DNA of 64,000 bases from Candidatus Latescibacterota bacterium (GCA_965203175.1 OZ241867.1:2368001-2432000), one strand, 5' to 3'; counted from the first letter of the stretch, positions 8,240 through 16,527 are shown. The notes: generated from the letters alone by a model not told the origin. Translations and numbers: made by a program.

Positions 8240-10795
8240 ATGAAACCGCTATATCGCCTCAATGTCATTCCCTCTCTGCCCGAGCAACTGACGCCGCTGT
8301 GGGAGCTGGGGCATAATCTCTGGTGGAGTTGGAGCAAGGAGACCATCCGCACCCTCTACCAGATCGACCCGGAAGTATGGGTCGAGAGCCAGCGCGATCC
8401 CTTGCGCTTTTGGAGTCTCCTGCGGCCGGACCAGCTCGACGCCCTAATCGACGACGAGCAACTGCGGGGCCGCATCGAGCGCGTCGTCGAGCAATTCGAG
8501 GGCTATTTGTCCCAGCCGACTTGGTTTGGCCAGACGCACGGCGAGAGCCAGTTACAGGTTGCGTACTTCTCGGCGGAGTTCGGCCTGACCGAGAGTCTGC
8601 GCATCTATTCCGGGGGGTTAGGCGTGCTCTCCGGCGATCACCTCAAGGCCGCTAGCGATCTAGGCGTTCCCCTCATCGGGGTCGGCTTGCTCTACCGCGA
8701 GGGTTATTTCCGCCAAGCCCTCAACGCCGATGGCTGGCAGATAGAGCGCAACCCGGAAAACGACTTCTACCAGATACCCGTGCAGCCGGTCCACGGCGGC
8801 GATGGAGAGCACCTGAGCATTGAGGTTCCCTTTGCCCACGGCATGGTACAGGCGCGGATCTGGCAGGTGCTGGTGGGCCGGGTGCGGCTCTATTTGCTCG
8901 ATACCAATCTCGACGAAAACGCCCCTGTGGACCGCGATATTACCGCCCGTCTCTACGGCGGCGACGCGGCCATGCGGATCCGGCAGGAGATCCTCCTCGG
9001 CATCGGCGGTCTGCGCGCCCTGCAAGCCGTGGGCATCGAACCCACTGTCTGCCACATGAACGAGGGGCACTCGGCCTTTTTGGCGCTAGAGCGGATTCGC
9101 CGACTCATGGCCGAGCACGGCTATTCGTTTGCCACGGCCCGCGAGGCCAGCATCGTGGGCAATGTGTTTACCACGCACACCCCGGTCGCGGCAGGCAACG
9201 ACTGGTTTCCCGCGCACTTGATCGAGGCGCACTTGGGTTATTTCCGCGAGTGGCTCGGCCTGTCGCACGAGGAATTTATTGGCTTGGGCCGGGTTGACCC
9301 CCGCGATCCCCACGCCGACTTCTGCATGACGGTCTTGGCGCTCCGGCTCTCGGGCCGAGCTAATGGCGTCAGTCGCCTGCACGGCGCGGTTAGCCGCCGC
9401 ATGTGGCAGGGCCTGTGGCCCGATTTCTCAGAGCACGAAATCCCCATTGGCCACGTCACCAATGGCGTCCATATCCACACGTGGGTTTCGCTGGAAATGG
9501 CCGAGCTGTTGGACCGCCATCTCGGCGACGTCTGGCGCTTGGTATCGACCGACGAGCGGGACTGGGACCCGGTCTATCGCATCCCCGACCGCGAGCTGTG
9601 GGACACGCACCAGCAGCGACGCAAGCGGCTGATTGACGTAACTCGCCATCACCTGCGCCAGCAGATGCAGGGCCAGGGCGTGGCGGCGGCCAAAATTGAG
9701 CAGACCTTAGCGCGGCTCGACCCTGAGGTGCTGACTATTGGCTTTGCTCGCCGCTTTGCCACGTACAAGCGCGGCAACCTGATTTTCCGCAATATCGAGC
9801 GGCTCAAGGCTCTGTTCTCCGACTCTCAGCAGCCCGTGCAGATTCTCTTCGCTGGCAAGGCCCATCCCCACGATGACGCGGGCAAGGAGCTGATCCGCCA
9901 AATCGTCCACCTCGCGCGGCAAGCGCCCTTTAATGGCCGGATTTTCTTTTTACAAGACTACGACATGAATCTCGCTCGCTACTTGGTACAAGGGTGCGAT
10001 GTCTGGCTCAACAATCCCCGCCGCCCCTTGGAGGCGTCGGGTACGTCTGGCATGAAGGCTGCGGTCAATGGCGTGCTCAACGTCAGCGTATTCGACGGCT
10101 GGTGGGACGAAGCCTGCGACAACCACGCTGGTTGGACCATTGGCCGCGGCGAGGACTACGACGACGATCAGTACCAAGACGCAGTCGAGTCCAACTCGCT
10201 CTACGACCTGCTAGAGACCGAGGTGATTCCGCTGTTCTACCAGCGCGATGCGGAGGGGTTGCCCGGCGGTTGGATCGCCCGCATGAAGGAGACCATTGCC
10301 CAGCTTGTGCCGCAGTACAACACGCACCGCATGGTGCGCGAGTACGTCGAGCGGTTCTACTTGCCTGGGCAAGCTCGCTTTGCGGAATTGGCGGCTGACC
10401 GCGAGCGGGTTCAGCGGCTGACGCATTGGAAGTCGCACGTGCGCTCCAAGTGGGCGCAGGTCGAGATTGGCGCGGTGGACGCTGAATTTCCTCGGCTGCT
10501 CAAGGTGGGGATGAAGGTGCCGTTGCGCGCCGCAGTGACTTTGGGCGAGCTAACGCCAGAGGATGTCCGCGTCGAGATCTACGCCGGCCGCCTCAACGCC
10601 CAGCGCGAGTTTGCGCAGACCGAGGTGTATCCGCTGGAATTGGATGGGCATAACGGCGATGGGACTTACCACTTCGTCGGCACCTTCACGTGCGCGGCGG
10701 CTGGGTCACACGGATACACTCTGCGCGTGGTGCCTTCGCATCCCGACTTGCAAAATCCCTTGGAGATGGGGTTGGTTCACTGGGCGCAGGGGTAA
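8240..10795 (+). CDS. glgP: Alpha-glucan (glycogen) phosphorylase
   Basis: YSGGLGVLSGDHLK, HMNEGH, GFARRFATYKR and EASGTSGMK (PLP lysine) motifs. Confidence 0.97.
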   Translation: MKPLYRLNVIPSLPEQLTPLWELGHNLWWSWSKETIRTLYQIDPEVWVESQRDPLRFWSLLRPDQLDALIDDEQLRGRIERVVEQFEGYLSQPTWFGQTHGESQLQVAYFSAEFGLTESLRIYSGGLGVLSGDHLKAASDLGVPLIGVGLLYREGYFRQALNADGWQIERNPENDFYQIPVQPVHGGDGEHLSIEVPFAHGMVQARIWQVLVGRVRLYLLDTNLDENAPVDRDITARLYGGDAAMRIRQEILLGIGGLRALQAVGIEPTVCHMNEGHSAFLALERIRRLMAEHGYSFATAREASIVGNVFTTHTPVAAGNDWFPAHLIEAHLGYFREWLGLSHEEFIGLGRVDPRDPHADFCMTVLALRLSGRANGVSRLHGAVSRRMWQGLWPDFSEHEIPIGHVTNGVHIHTWVSLEMAELLDRHLGDVWRLVSTDERDWDPVYRIPDRELWDTHQQRRKRLIDVTRHHLRQQMQGQGVAAAKIEQTLARLDPEVLTIGFARRFATYKRGNLIFRNIERLKALFSDSQQPVQILFAGKAHPHDDAGKELIRQIVHLARQAPFNGRIFFLQDYDMNLARYLVQGCDVWLNNPRRPLEASGTSGMKAAVNGVLNVSVFDGWWDEACDNHAGWTIGRGEDYDDDQYQDAVESNSLYDLLETEVIPLFYQRDAEGLPGGWIARMKETIAQLVPQYNTHRMVREYVERFYLPGQARFAELAADRERVQRLTHWKSHVRSKWAQVEIGAVDAEFPRLLKVGMKVPLRAAVTLGELTPEDVRVEIYAGRLNAQREFAQTEVYPLELDGHNGDGTYHFVGTFTCAAAGSHGYTLRVVPSHPDLQNPLEMGLVHWAQG

Positions 10796-11358
10796 GGGAC
10801 GCACGCGTGAAAGTAATAAGGCCGCATCTTATTGATCTCTGCATTTCTAATGGAATGGTGCCTCATTCTTGCTTCTACCCAGACCGTATTGCTTTAGATA
10901 TGCCCTCAATAGTTATTATGACTTAGACGATTTTAAGGCGACGAACGCGTCCTAAAATGGCGTCCGTGTCTCTTGACGCAGAATGATAAGTGGCGTAGGT
11001 TGTTATTTGTGTTGTTTGTTTAATGGACTCTATAGCCAAACAGGATATCTCATAGTGATACTTGAAGATCAAATAGAAATTCTGCGGAGAAATTTACCTG
11101 AAATTAAGAGGCAAAAATTTTGCTTACCATTAATGGGCGGAATCATTGATACGGAAAAGGTATATGAATTTATATCACTTATACATCCTGCCAGAGACAT
11201 TTCTACGATGATCTATAGAGCCGATCCGTCGGAGAAAAAACTTACTCCAGACTTGCGTAATTGGTCCTTACGATCCAGGGATACATTTGGCGACATAAAA
11301 ACTATTCAATTGAAATCCTTTTTAAACATGATAGTTCATTCATTTTATATATATAGGG

Positions 11359-12518
11359 GGCGTTGTTGCATGAAAGCTGTGTTCGGGTCTTGAAATGAGT
11401 CAGGCTCTTCGGTTAGATTGGTTCGTGGTTTCCAGCAAGAAACACGTTCCTTTCTTCCCAAAGAGCCTGTGATGAGCAAAGTATCTGGCAGTTCGCCCTC
11501 GGTCAAGTCGCAACCGGTGTATCGGGTTAAGAATTGGTCGTCGTATAATCGGGCGTTGGTGGCTCGTGGTAGCCTGACGGTGTGGCTGGACGATGGTCTG
11601 TGGAAGCAATGGTATGCTCAGGGGCCATCGCAACGGGGTGCTCAGTTTGTCTATTCGGATCCAGCGATTGAATGGATGTTGACGATGCGGGTGTTGCTTG
11701 GGTTGCCGTTGCGCCAGACGCAGGGGTTTATCCAATCGCTGTTGGACTTGATGGGGTTGGCCTTGGCCGTGCCGGACTACTCGACCTTGTCGCGTCGCCA
11801 AGGGGCCTTGGCGGTGGAGTTGCCGAAAAAGCAGCCCGATAGCCCGGCTAGCCCGATGCACTTGGTAGTGGATTCGACGGGTTTGAAAGTCTATGGCGAG
11901 GGCGAGAGGAAAGTCCGTCAACACGGCTGGACCAAACGGCGCACGTGGCGCAAACTGCATGTGGGGGTCAACGAGGCCACCGGCGAGGTGGTCGCGCAGA
12001 CGTTGACGTCCCATCGGATCGATGATGCCTCGCAGGTGGCCCCTCTGTTGACCCAAGTCGACGAGGCGGTGGAGGCGGTAGGCGGCGATGGGGCCTATGA
12101 CAAACAGAAGGTGTTCGACGCCTTGGCCACGCGGAGTGATCCCTCGATTCGGCCGATCATCGCACTGCGCAAAGACGCTACAATCCATCAGCATGGTAAT
12201 TGTAAGGTCCCCCCGTTGGCGCGCGATGAAATCCTGCGGGCCATACGACGAAAGGGACGCAAGGAGTGGAAACAGGCCAGTGGCTATCATCGACGCTCGT
12301 TGGCCGAAACGCAAATCTATCGCTATAAGCACCTCATCGGCGACAAGCTGAAGGCGCGTAGCTGGATCAACCAACAGGTCGAAAGTCGCCTCGGCTGTGC
12401 CCTCCTCAATCGAATGATCCATGTGGGCAAACCCCAGTCGTATCGAGTAGAAAAAATCAACTGAACAAAAAACAACATTCGACAATGATGCCCCAGATAT
12501 GATTCATGCAACAACGCC
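11359..12518 (+). mobile_element. IS5 family, IS903 group insertion sequence (1160 bp)
   Basis: TIRs GGCGTTGTTGCATGAA / TTCATGCAACAACGCC. 9-bp TSD TATATAGGG at 11350-11358 and 12519-12527. Confidence 0.96.
11472..12464 (+). CDS. IS5 family transposase
   Basis: NWSSYNRALVARGSLTVW, VDSTGLKVYGEGE, WRKLH, GDGAYD and GYHRRSLAET motifs; reading frame intact. Confidence 0.95.
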   Translation: MSKVSGSSPSVKSQPVYRVKNWSSYNRALVARGSLTVWLDDGLWKQWYAQGPSQRGAQFVYSDPAIEWMLTMRVLLGLPLRQTQGFIQSLLDLMGLALAVPDYSTLSRRQGALAVELPKKQPDSPASPMHLVVDSTGLKVYGEGERKVRQHGWTKRRTWRKLHVGVNEATGEVVAQTLTSHRIDDASQVAPLLTQVDEAVEAVGGDGAYDKQKVFDALATRSDPSIRPIIALRKDATIHQHGNCKVPPLARDEILRAIRRKGRKEWKQASGYHRRSLAETQIYRYKHLIGDKLKARSWINQQVESRLGCALLNRMIHVGKPQSYRVEKIN

Positions 12519-13089
12519 TATATAGGGAAAACGATGTTATAGATGTTTCTGATGATTCTGGAAAAAGACGCATAGTTTCATACGATTTGTTTACAAGTAA
12601 CATTGAACGACTTATTCTTAATCCCGATCAAATGCTCTTGGTGACTTGCGGTTTTTCCGAAAATGAGATTATTAACAGGCAAAAGGATATTATTTCAGGA
12701 AAGACAAATTCATCGGGATTTATTACTGCTATTCCTGATGTTGTTCAATATAATTTTCTTAATCTATTCCGAGACAACAAGTTTCCCCAATTAAAAAATC
12801 ATATATGGAATAAATTTTTTTCTTCACAATCAAAACCTTTAGTTGATAGACAAACAGTAGAAGATCAGCCATTTTCCATGTCATTTAAAAAATCAATTAT
12901 TTGGAAAATAGGATGGAGAAAAGGAGATGTCTTTTCGGAATCATGGGTAAATATCCTAGACTTAATCCAAGATATTTACAATTATTATTCTGGCTCAAAA
13001 AAAACATCCCACACATAATTATATTATCCCGAGAATAGAAAGCGGGCCGCTGGCTCCTTGCAAAGCAATCCACTATCAAGAAAATCGTT

Positions 13090-13812
13090 ATGACTGATAA
13101 ACACTGCTCTAATGCCTTCGATTCTGACTTCAATGGGATCAAAGGGTTGACGTGGTTACCCTGGGTCGGGCGACGTTTCTCGAAACGTCCTCAGGGTGTC
13201 CGTCTCCTCATCGTAGGGGAGTCGTGTTACGACTGGCCCGAAGAAGGCGGGGGCAAAGATGCTCTCCAAAAGCCCAAATTTACGCGGCGTATGGTGTCCG
13301 AACACGCGATCACTAGGAAACGACGGAGCCCTACCTTTGCCAATCTCGCACTTCTACTCCTCGGAACAGGCCAGTATGAGCGAGAACGGTTCTGGAGAGA
13401 CGTAGCATTCTACAATTTGGTTCAACGGCCCATGTACGATCGTTGGGAGCGTCCAAATGGGGAAGATTTTGTTTCGGGGTGGAGCACATTTACGGATGTT
13501 ATTCGTATTCTAAAGCCGAGTCATGCTCTTTTCATCGGGGTTTCAGCGTTCAACTTCTTCAGCTACTCGATGAACGGACAGAACGCTGATTTCACGGAGG
13601 TTCAGTGGGCTGAGCAAGTCGGTCGAACCTACGGACGCAAGGCTTCCATCTCGACTGGATCAGAGGTGGTAGCTTTGATTGGTGTGCAACACACCGGCAA
13701 GTTTTTTTCTTGGTACCGTTGGAGGGATTACCTCGGAAGGCATCACAGGGACCTAACCGCCTTTATTGATGCTGAAGGCTATACAAGAGAGAGGCTGGCA
13801 TGGACTTATTGA
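13090..13812 (+). CDS. Uracil-DNA glycosylase-superfamily-like protein
   Basis: PWVG...LLIVGESCY, FYNLVQ, ILKP...FIG and C-terminal QHTG resemble UDG-fold motifs. Confidence 0.6.
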   Translation: MTDKHCSNAFDSDFNGIKGLTWLPWVGRRFSKRPQGVRLLIVGESCYDWPEEGGGKDALQKPKFTRRMVSEHAITRKRRSPTFANLALLLLGTGQYERERFWRDVAFYNLVQRPMYDRWERPNGEDFVSGWSTFTDVIRILKPSHALFIGVSAFNFFSYSMNGQNADFTEVQWAEQVGRTYGRKASISTGSEVVALIGVQHTGKFFSWYRWRDYLGRHHRDLTAFIDAEGYTRERLAWTY

Positions 13813-13820
13813 GGAGGCAA

Positions 13821-14057
13821 ATGAATATGCCTATCAAGCGGGAAGAACTGGACAGGCGGGAGGTCGATTTCTCGGACGTGGCCTCTGGACGACGGCTGCC
13901 GCCGGTGCATCCCGGCGAGATTCTGCGCGACGAATTTCTGACGCCCATGGAAATCAGCGTGTACCGACTTGCCCAAGCGATCAAGGTTTCGCGTCCGCGA
14001 CTGAACGATATTGTGCTTGGACGCCGGGGGATCACGACCGATACTGCGCTGCGCCTT
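13821..14057 (+). pseudogene. higA: HigA-family antitoxin, 5' part (interrupted)
   Basis: PVHPGEILRDEFL...HTH...ITTDTALRL then breaks at an IS1-like end. GAGGAGG RBS. Confidence 0.88.
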
Positions 14058-14199
14058 CGTAGTGGTACATTTTGAAAATAATTCCGTGGCCTAAAAAATT
14101 AAGCCCAGACTCTCTGCAGACTGTACCTCCTGCCGTTTTTCTGGTCTTGAAACAGACCCTATGTGCCGTAGCCGTGTGTCGCCCTCGGTAAATTTCCTC

Positions 14200-14228
14200 T
14201 TGATGTTACTACGGCAATGCCGTAATTA
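14200..14228 (+). promoter_or_regulatory. Sigma70-like promoter with an overlapping palindromic operator for the TA pair
   Basis: TTGATG-17 nt-TAATTA. Palindrome TACGGCA-A-TGCCGTA at 14210-14224. ATG only 5 nt after the -10 box, with no SD. Confidence 0.65.
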
Positions 14229-14233
14229 AGATC

Positions 14234-14581
14234 ATGCACACGGTCATCGAAACACCGACTTTCATCAGCAAATGCCGTCGCTACCAGATAAGCGACAGCG
14301 ACCGGGAGGCTATCATCGACTTTGTCGCCAATAATCCCGATGCCGGCGACGTAATCAAAGGATCAGGCGGTGCTCGCAAGCTCCGGTTCGCCGCGCCGGG
14401 AAGAGGAAAGAGCGGTGGATACCGAGTGGTGACTTTTTACAGTGGCCAAGACATTCCTGTGTTTTTGCTGTCAATCTTCGCTAAAGGCGATAAAACAAAC
14501 CTGACCGACTCGGAAGTTAGTGTTTTGCGGACTGTGTTGCGCACACTGGCAGACGAATACCAACGGAGGACCCAACCATGA
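14234..14581 (+). CDS. Type II toxin, RelE/ParE (HigB2-like) family
   Basis: IETPTF, NPDAGDVIKGSGGARKLR, GKSGGYRV and IFAKGDKTNL motifs. Confidence 0.9.
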   Translation: MHTVIETPTFISKCRRYQISDSDREAIIDFVANNPDAGDVIKGSGGARKLRFAAPGRGKSGGYRVVTFYSGQDIPVFLLSIFAKGDKTNLTDSEVSVLRTVLRTLADEYQRRTQP

Positions 14582-14871
14582 CCAAGGCTGGAGAGGAACT
14601 TATCAAGGCCGCAACGGAGGCTCTGGAAATCACGCACGGCCAAGCAGACCCAGAAAGCTACCGCGTCCACCTCCCCGACGAGATCAACGCCCGCTTGATC
14701 CGCTCGCAACTGAACATGACTCAGGACGTATTTGCCCAGACCTTTGGTATCGACATCCGCACCCTTCAGGAGTGGGAACAAGGCCGGCGGATTCCCAGTG
14801 GTCCGGCGCAAGCACTTTTGAAAATCATCTACCGGGAGCCAGAGGCTGCTAAGAGGGCGGTAGTGAGGTAG
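14578..14871 (+). CDS. Xre/HTH antitoxin (HigA2/YiaG-like)
   Basis: IRSQLNMTQDVFA...TLQEWEQGRRIPSGPA. ATGA overlap with the toxin. Confidence 0.9.
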   Translation: MTKAGEELIKAATEALEITHGQADPESYRVHLPDEINARLIRSQLNMTQDVFAQTFGIDIRTLQEWEQGRRIPSGPAQALLKIIYREPEAAKRAVVR

Positions 14872-14882
14872 TGGTGTACTTT

Positions 14883-15127
14883 ACGCCCATGGAAATCAGC
14901 GTGTACCGACTTGCCCAAGCGATCAAGGTTTCGCGTCCGCGACTGAACGATATTGTGCTCGGACGCCGGCGGTATCACGACCGATACTGCGCTACGCCTT
15001 GGGCGCTACTTCGGCATGACGCCTGAGTTCTGGATCAATCTTCAGACCCGCTACGATCTCGATGTCGCCGAGCGCACGACGCGTCGTCAAATCGAGCGAG
15101 AGGTAGAGACGCATGCTGCTCTGGACG
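14883..15127 (+). pseudogene. higA: HigA-family antitoxin, 3' part (frameshifted; original last codons displaced to 16399-16415)
   Basis: TALRLGRYFGMTPEFWINLQTRYDL is a canonical HigA C-terminal motif. It is interrupted by the TIR-bounded cassette. Confidence 0.85.
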
Positions 15128-15193
15128 GGGAATTAGGCGGTAAACGGCAGTAAGGAAATTACCATCACTGGACACACATCAATATATTATCAT

Positions 15194-15308
15194 TGCCCTT
15201 ACGCATGAGGGGAGACTGTCTCCGGGTCTCCCGCTCGAATACAATAGCCTGTCCTCGGACAGGTAAATAGACGGGACTATCCGCAGAATCCCTTATGCGT
15301 AAGTGGCA
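15194..15308 (+). ncRNA. Candidate structured RNA A (family unknown)
   Basis: 18-bp closing stem TGCC-CTTACGCATGAGGG / CCCTTATGCGTAAG-T-GGCA (one G-U) enclosing hairpins GGGAGAC/GTCTCCC and CCTGTC/GACAGG. Confidence 0.4.
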
Positions 15309-15370
15309 GGGCCCGGTCAGTCGCCGGAATAAACAAAAACCCACATCTACTAATCAGCACAGGATTAATT

Positions 15371-15667
15371 TTGATCGAGGCCATTGTCGGAGCAGTTATA
15401 GGAGCTATTGTCACCGTTATACTTACGAGAACTCCTGTTCCTAAACTTCGACCTCTTACCTGTAAAGTACTTAGAAGGCATAAATATAAACGTAGCGAGA
15501 GCGGAGCATTGGGAGAGTGTATAAGGTGTGGTAGATATGCATGGATGGACTTATTAATTAGCAAAAAACCAAAAAAGAAAAAGCGCCTATCTACTCGGCT
15601 TCTTAGGCTGTTTGCCGGATTGATTATCTTGATCTTTTTGATCTGGCTTTCTCTGTTTGCTCGGTAA
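15371..15667 (+). CDS. Small membrane protein with a putative Zn-binding C/H/CxxC loop
   Basis: Hydrophobic N- and C-termini, CKVLRRH...CIRCG, and a lysine-rich stretch. Confidence 0.55.
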   Translation: MIEAIVGAVIGAIVTVILTRTPVPKLRPLTCKVLRRHKYKRSESGALGECIRCGRYAWMDLLISKKPKKKKRLSTRLLRLFAGLIILIFLIWLSLFAR

Positions 15668-15717
15668 CGGCGTTTCAAGACACCGCTTAAGCGCATTATT
15701 AAATACTTTACGTTTTC

Positions 15718-15753
15718 TTGACATGGTTATCCCTTATAATATGATAAGGGATA
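15718..15753 (+). promoter_or_regulatory. Sigma70 promoter with an overlapping operator
   Basis: TTGACA-16 nt-TATGAT. Perfect inverted repeat TATCCCTTAT-N6-ATAAGGGATA (15728-15753). Confidence 0.7.
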
Positions 15754-15878
15754 GCGGGTACGCGCGTATCCGCCATCTTGAGGGGGTGCCTCTCCAGCGG
15801 GAACCCAACCGCTGCGAAGCCATGTGATCGACGGGGCGAAGGGGCGGGCCGCCAAAACCCGTCTCTTGTATTTTTATA
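15754..15878 (+). ncRNA. Candidate structured leader RNA B, possibly ending in an attenuator
   Basis: Four consecutive hairpins (15754-15773, 15780-15794, 15795-15814, 15830-15863) whose non-Watson-Crick pairs are G-U on the + strand, followed by a T-rich tract. Confidence 0.4.
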
Positions 15879-15904
15879 AACATTCTCGACAAGGAGACAC
15901 AACT

Positions 15905-16225
15905 ATGAGTTTATCTCGTCACGATTTTAAGGTGAGGCAAGTTGCACAGTACTACCAAAACCAAGGTTATCAAGTTCAAGCGGATATTAACGATGGGCCT
16001 TGGAATAAACCAGATTTAATACATGGGTGTTACCCTGATGTGATAGCAACGCTAATAGGCCCATCTGCAAAACATAGAGGCGAATTTATAGCAATCGAGA
16101 CAGTCATAGTTGAAGTCGAGACTGAACTATCAAAAGACGAAGATCATTCTAAAAGACAACAAGAAGCGTTTTCAAGATATGCACAAGAGAATGACAATGT
16201 ATATTTCAAACTTGTAATAGCATAG
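15905..16225 (+). CDS. Small PD-(D/E)XK nuclease-fold-like protein
   Basis: AAGGAG RBS. GYQVQADI...YPDVIA...IVEVET pattern. Confidence 0.6.
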   Translation: MSLSRHDFKVRQVAQYYQNQGYQVQADINDGPWNKPDLIHGCYPDVIATLIGPSAKHRGEFIAIETVIVEVETELSKDEDHSKRQQEAFSRYAQENDNVYFKLVIA

Positions 16226-16435
16226 CGGCAGGAGGTACTGTTACCCTCACCTTTCGTCAAGTTTTGTGCCACGTTAAACGCTTGACTCTAAATCAGGCGT
16301 CCCTGAACATGACGGCAACCGCTGTCGCTAGGGTTGACAGGTGCAATACCTCCCCCGCTATGCCTTACTGCCGCTTTCCGCCTAATTCCCTCTGGACGCG
16401 ACGGCCCTAGATTGATGGGCGATATTCACGCTCGA

Positions 16436-16499
16436 CCAATCCCACCTTTCGCTTGGCTGCCCAAACGGTGTTGTAGAGCAACAGCGCGATTGTCGTCGG
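16436..16499 (-). repeat. Displaced 64-bp copy of the folD 3' end (matches 21681-21744)
   Basis: 58/64 identical; 5 of the 6 differences are synonymous third positions. Confidence 0.95.
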
Positions 16500-16527
16500 T
16501 AGTGGGTTACTTTGAACTTGTGGGTAT

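Larger units (their letters stand above)
11055..13018 (+). pseudogene. AT-rich hypothetical gene interrupted by an IS903-group element; about 264 aa when rejoined
   Basis: Removing the IS and one TSD copy joins ...HSFYIYR to ENDVIDV... in frame. The GTG 11055 start is tentative. Confidence 0.85.
13941..15000. repeat. About 117-bp direct repeat of higA internal sequence (13941-14057 and 14883-15000) flanking a TA module
   Basis: Near-identical copies differing by synonymous changes and a 1-nt insertion in the second copy. Confidence 0.95.
15128..16390. mobile_element. Non-autonomous TIR-bounded cassette (1263 bp) with passenger genes and no transposase
   Basis: 28-bp TIRs GGGAATTAGGCGGTAAACGGCAGTAAGG (15128-15155) and its inverse (16363-16390, 2 mismatches). 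8-bp TSD TCTGGACG at 15120-15127 and 16391-16398. Confidence 0.88.

Noticed and set aside
10926-10964. Imperfect hairpin downstream of glgP
   Set aside because: Several mismatches and no U-tract; it cannot be supported as a terminator or att site.
11400-12485. 361-aa antisense ORF over the transposase, and many other long shadow ORFs (e.g. 6283-7440, 42802-43797, 57677-58708)
   Set aside because: They lie opposite or out of frame to well-supported genes in GC-rich DNA and show no recognisable motifs.
14123-14135. 13-bp exact inverse match to 16226-16238 (CGGCAGGAGGTAC)
   Set aside because: A single short match with no extension; it could arise by chance in 64 kb.
15194-15308. Retron msr-msd or 6S RNA interpretation of structure A
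   Set aside because: There is no reverse transcriptase in the window and no long msd hairpin, and the region is too short and branched for 6S RNA.
15128-16390. Both 28-bp inverted copies encode ELGGKRQ* with seemingly synonymous differences, suggesting a duplicated gene end
   Set aside because: The exact 8-bp flanking direct repeat and the restored higA end after excision show these are transposon TIRs; the synonymy is coincidental.
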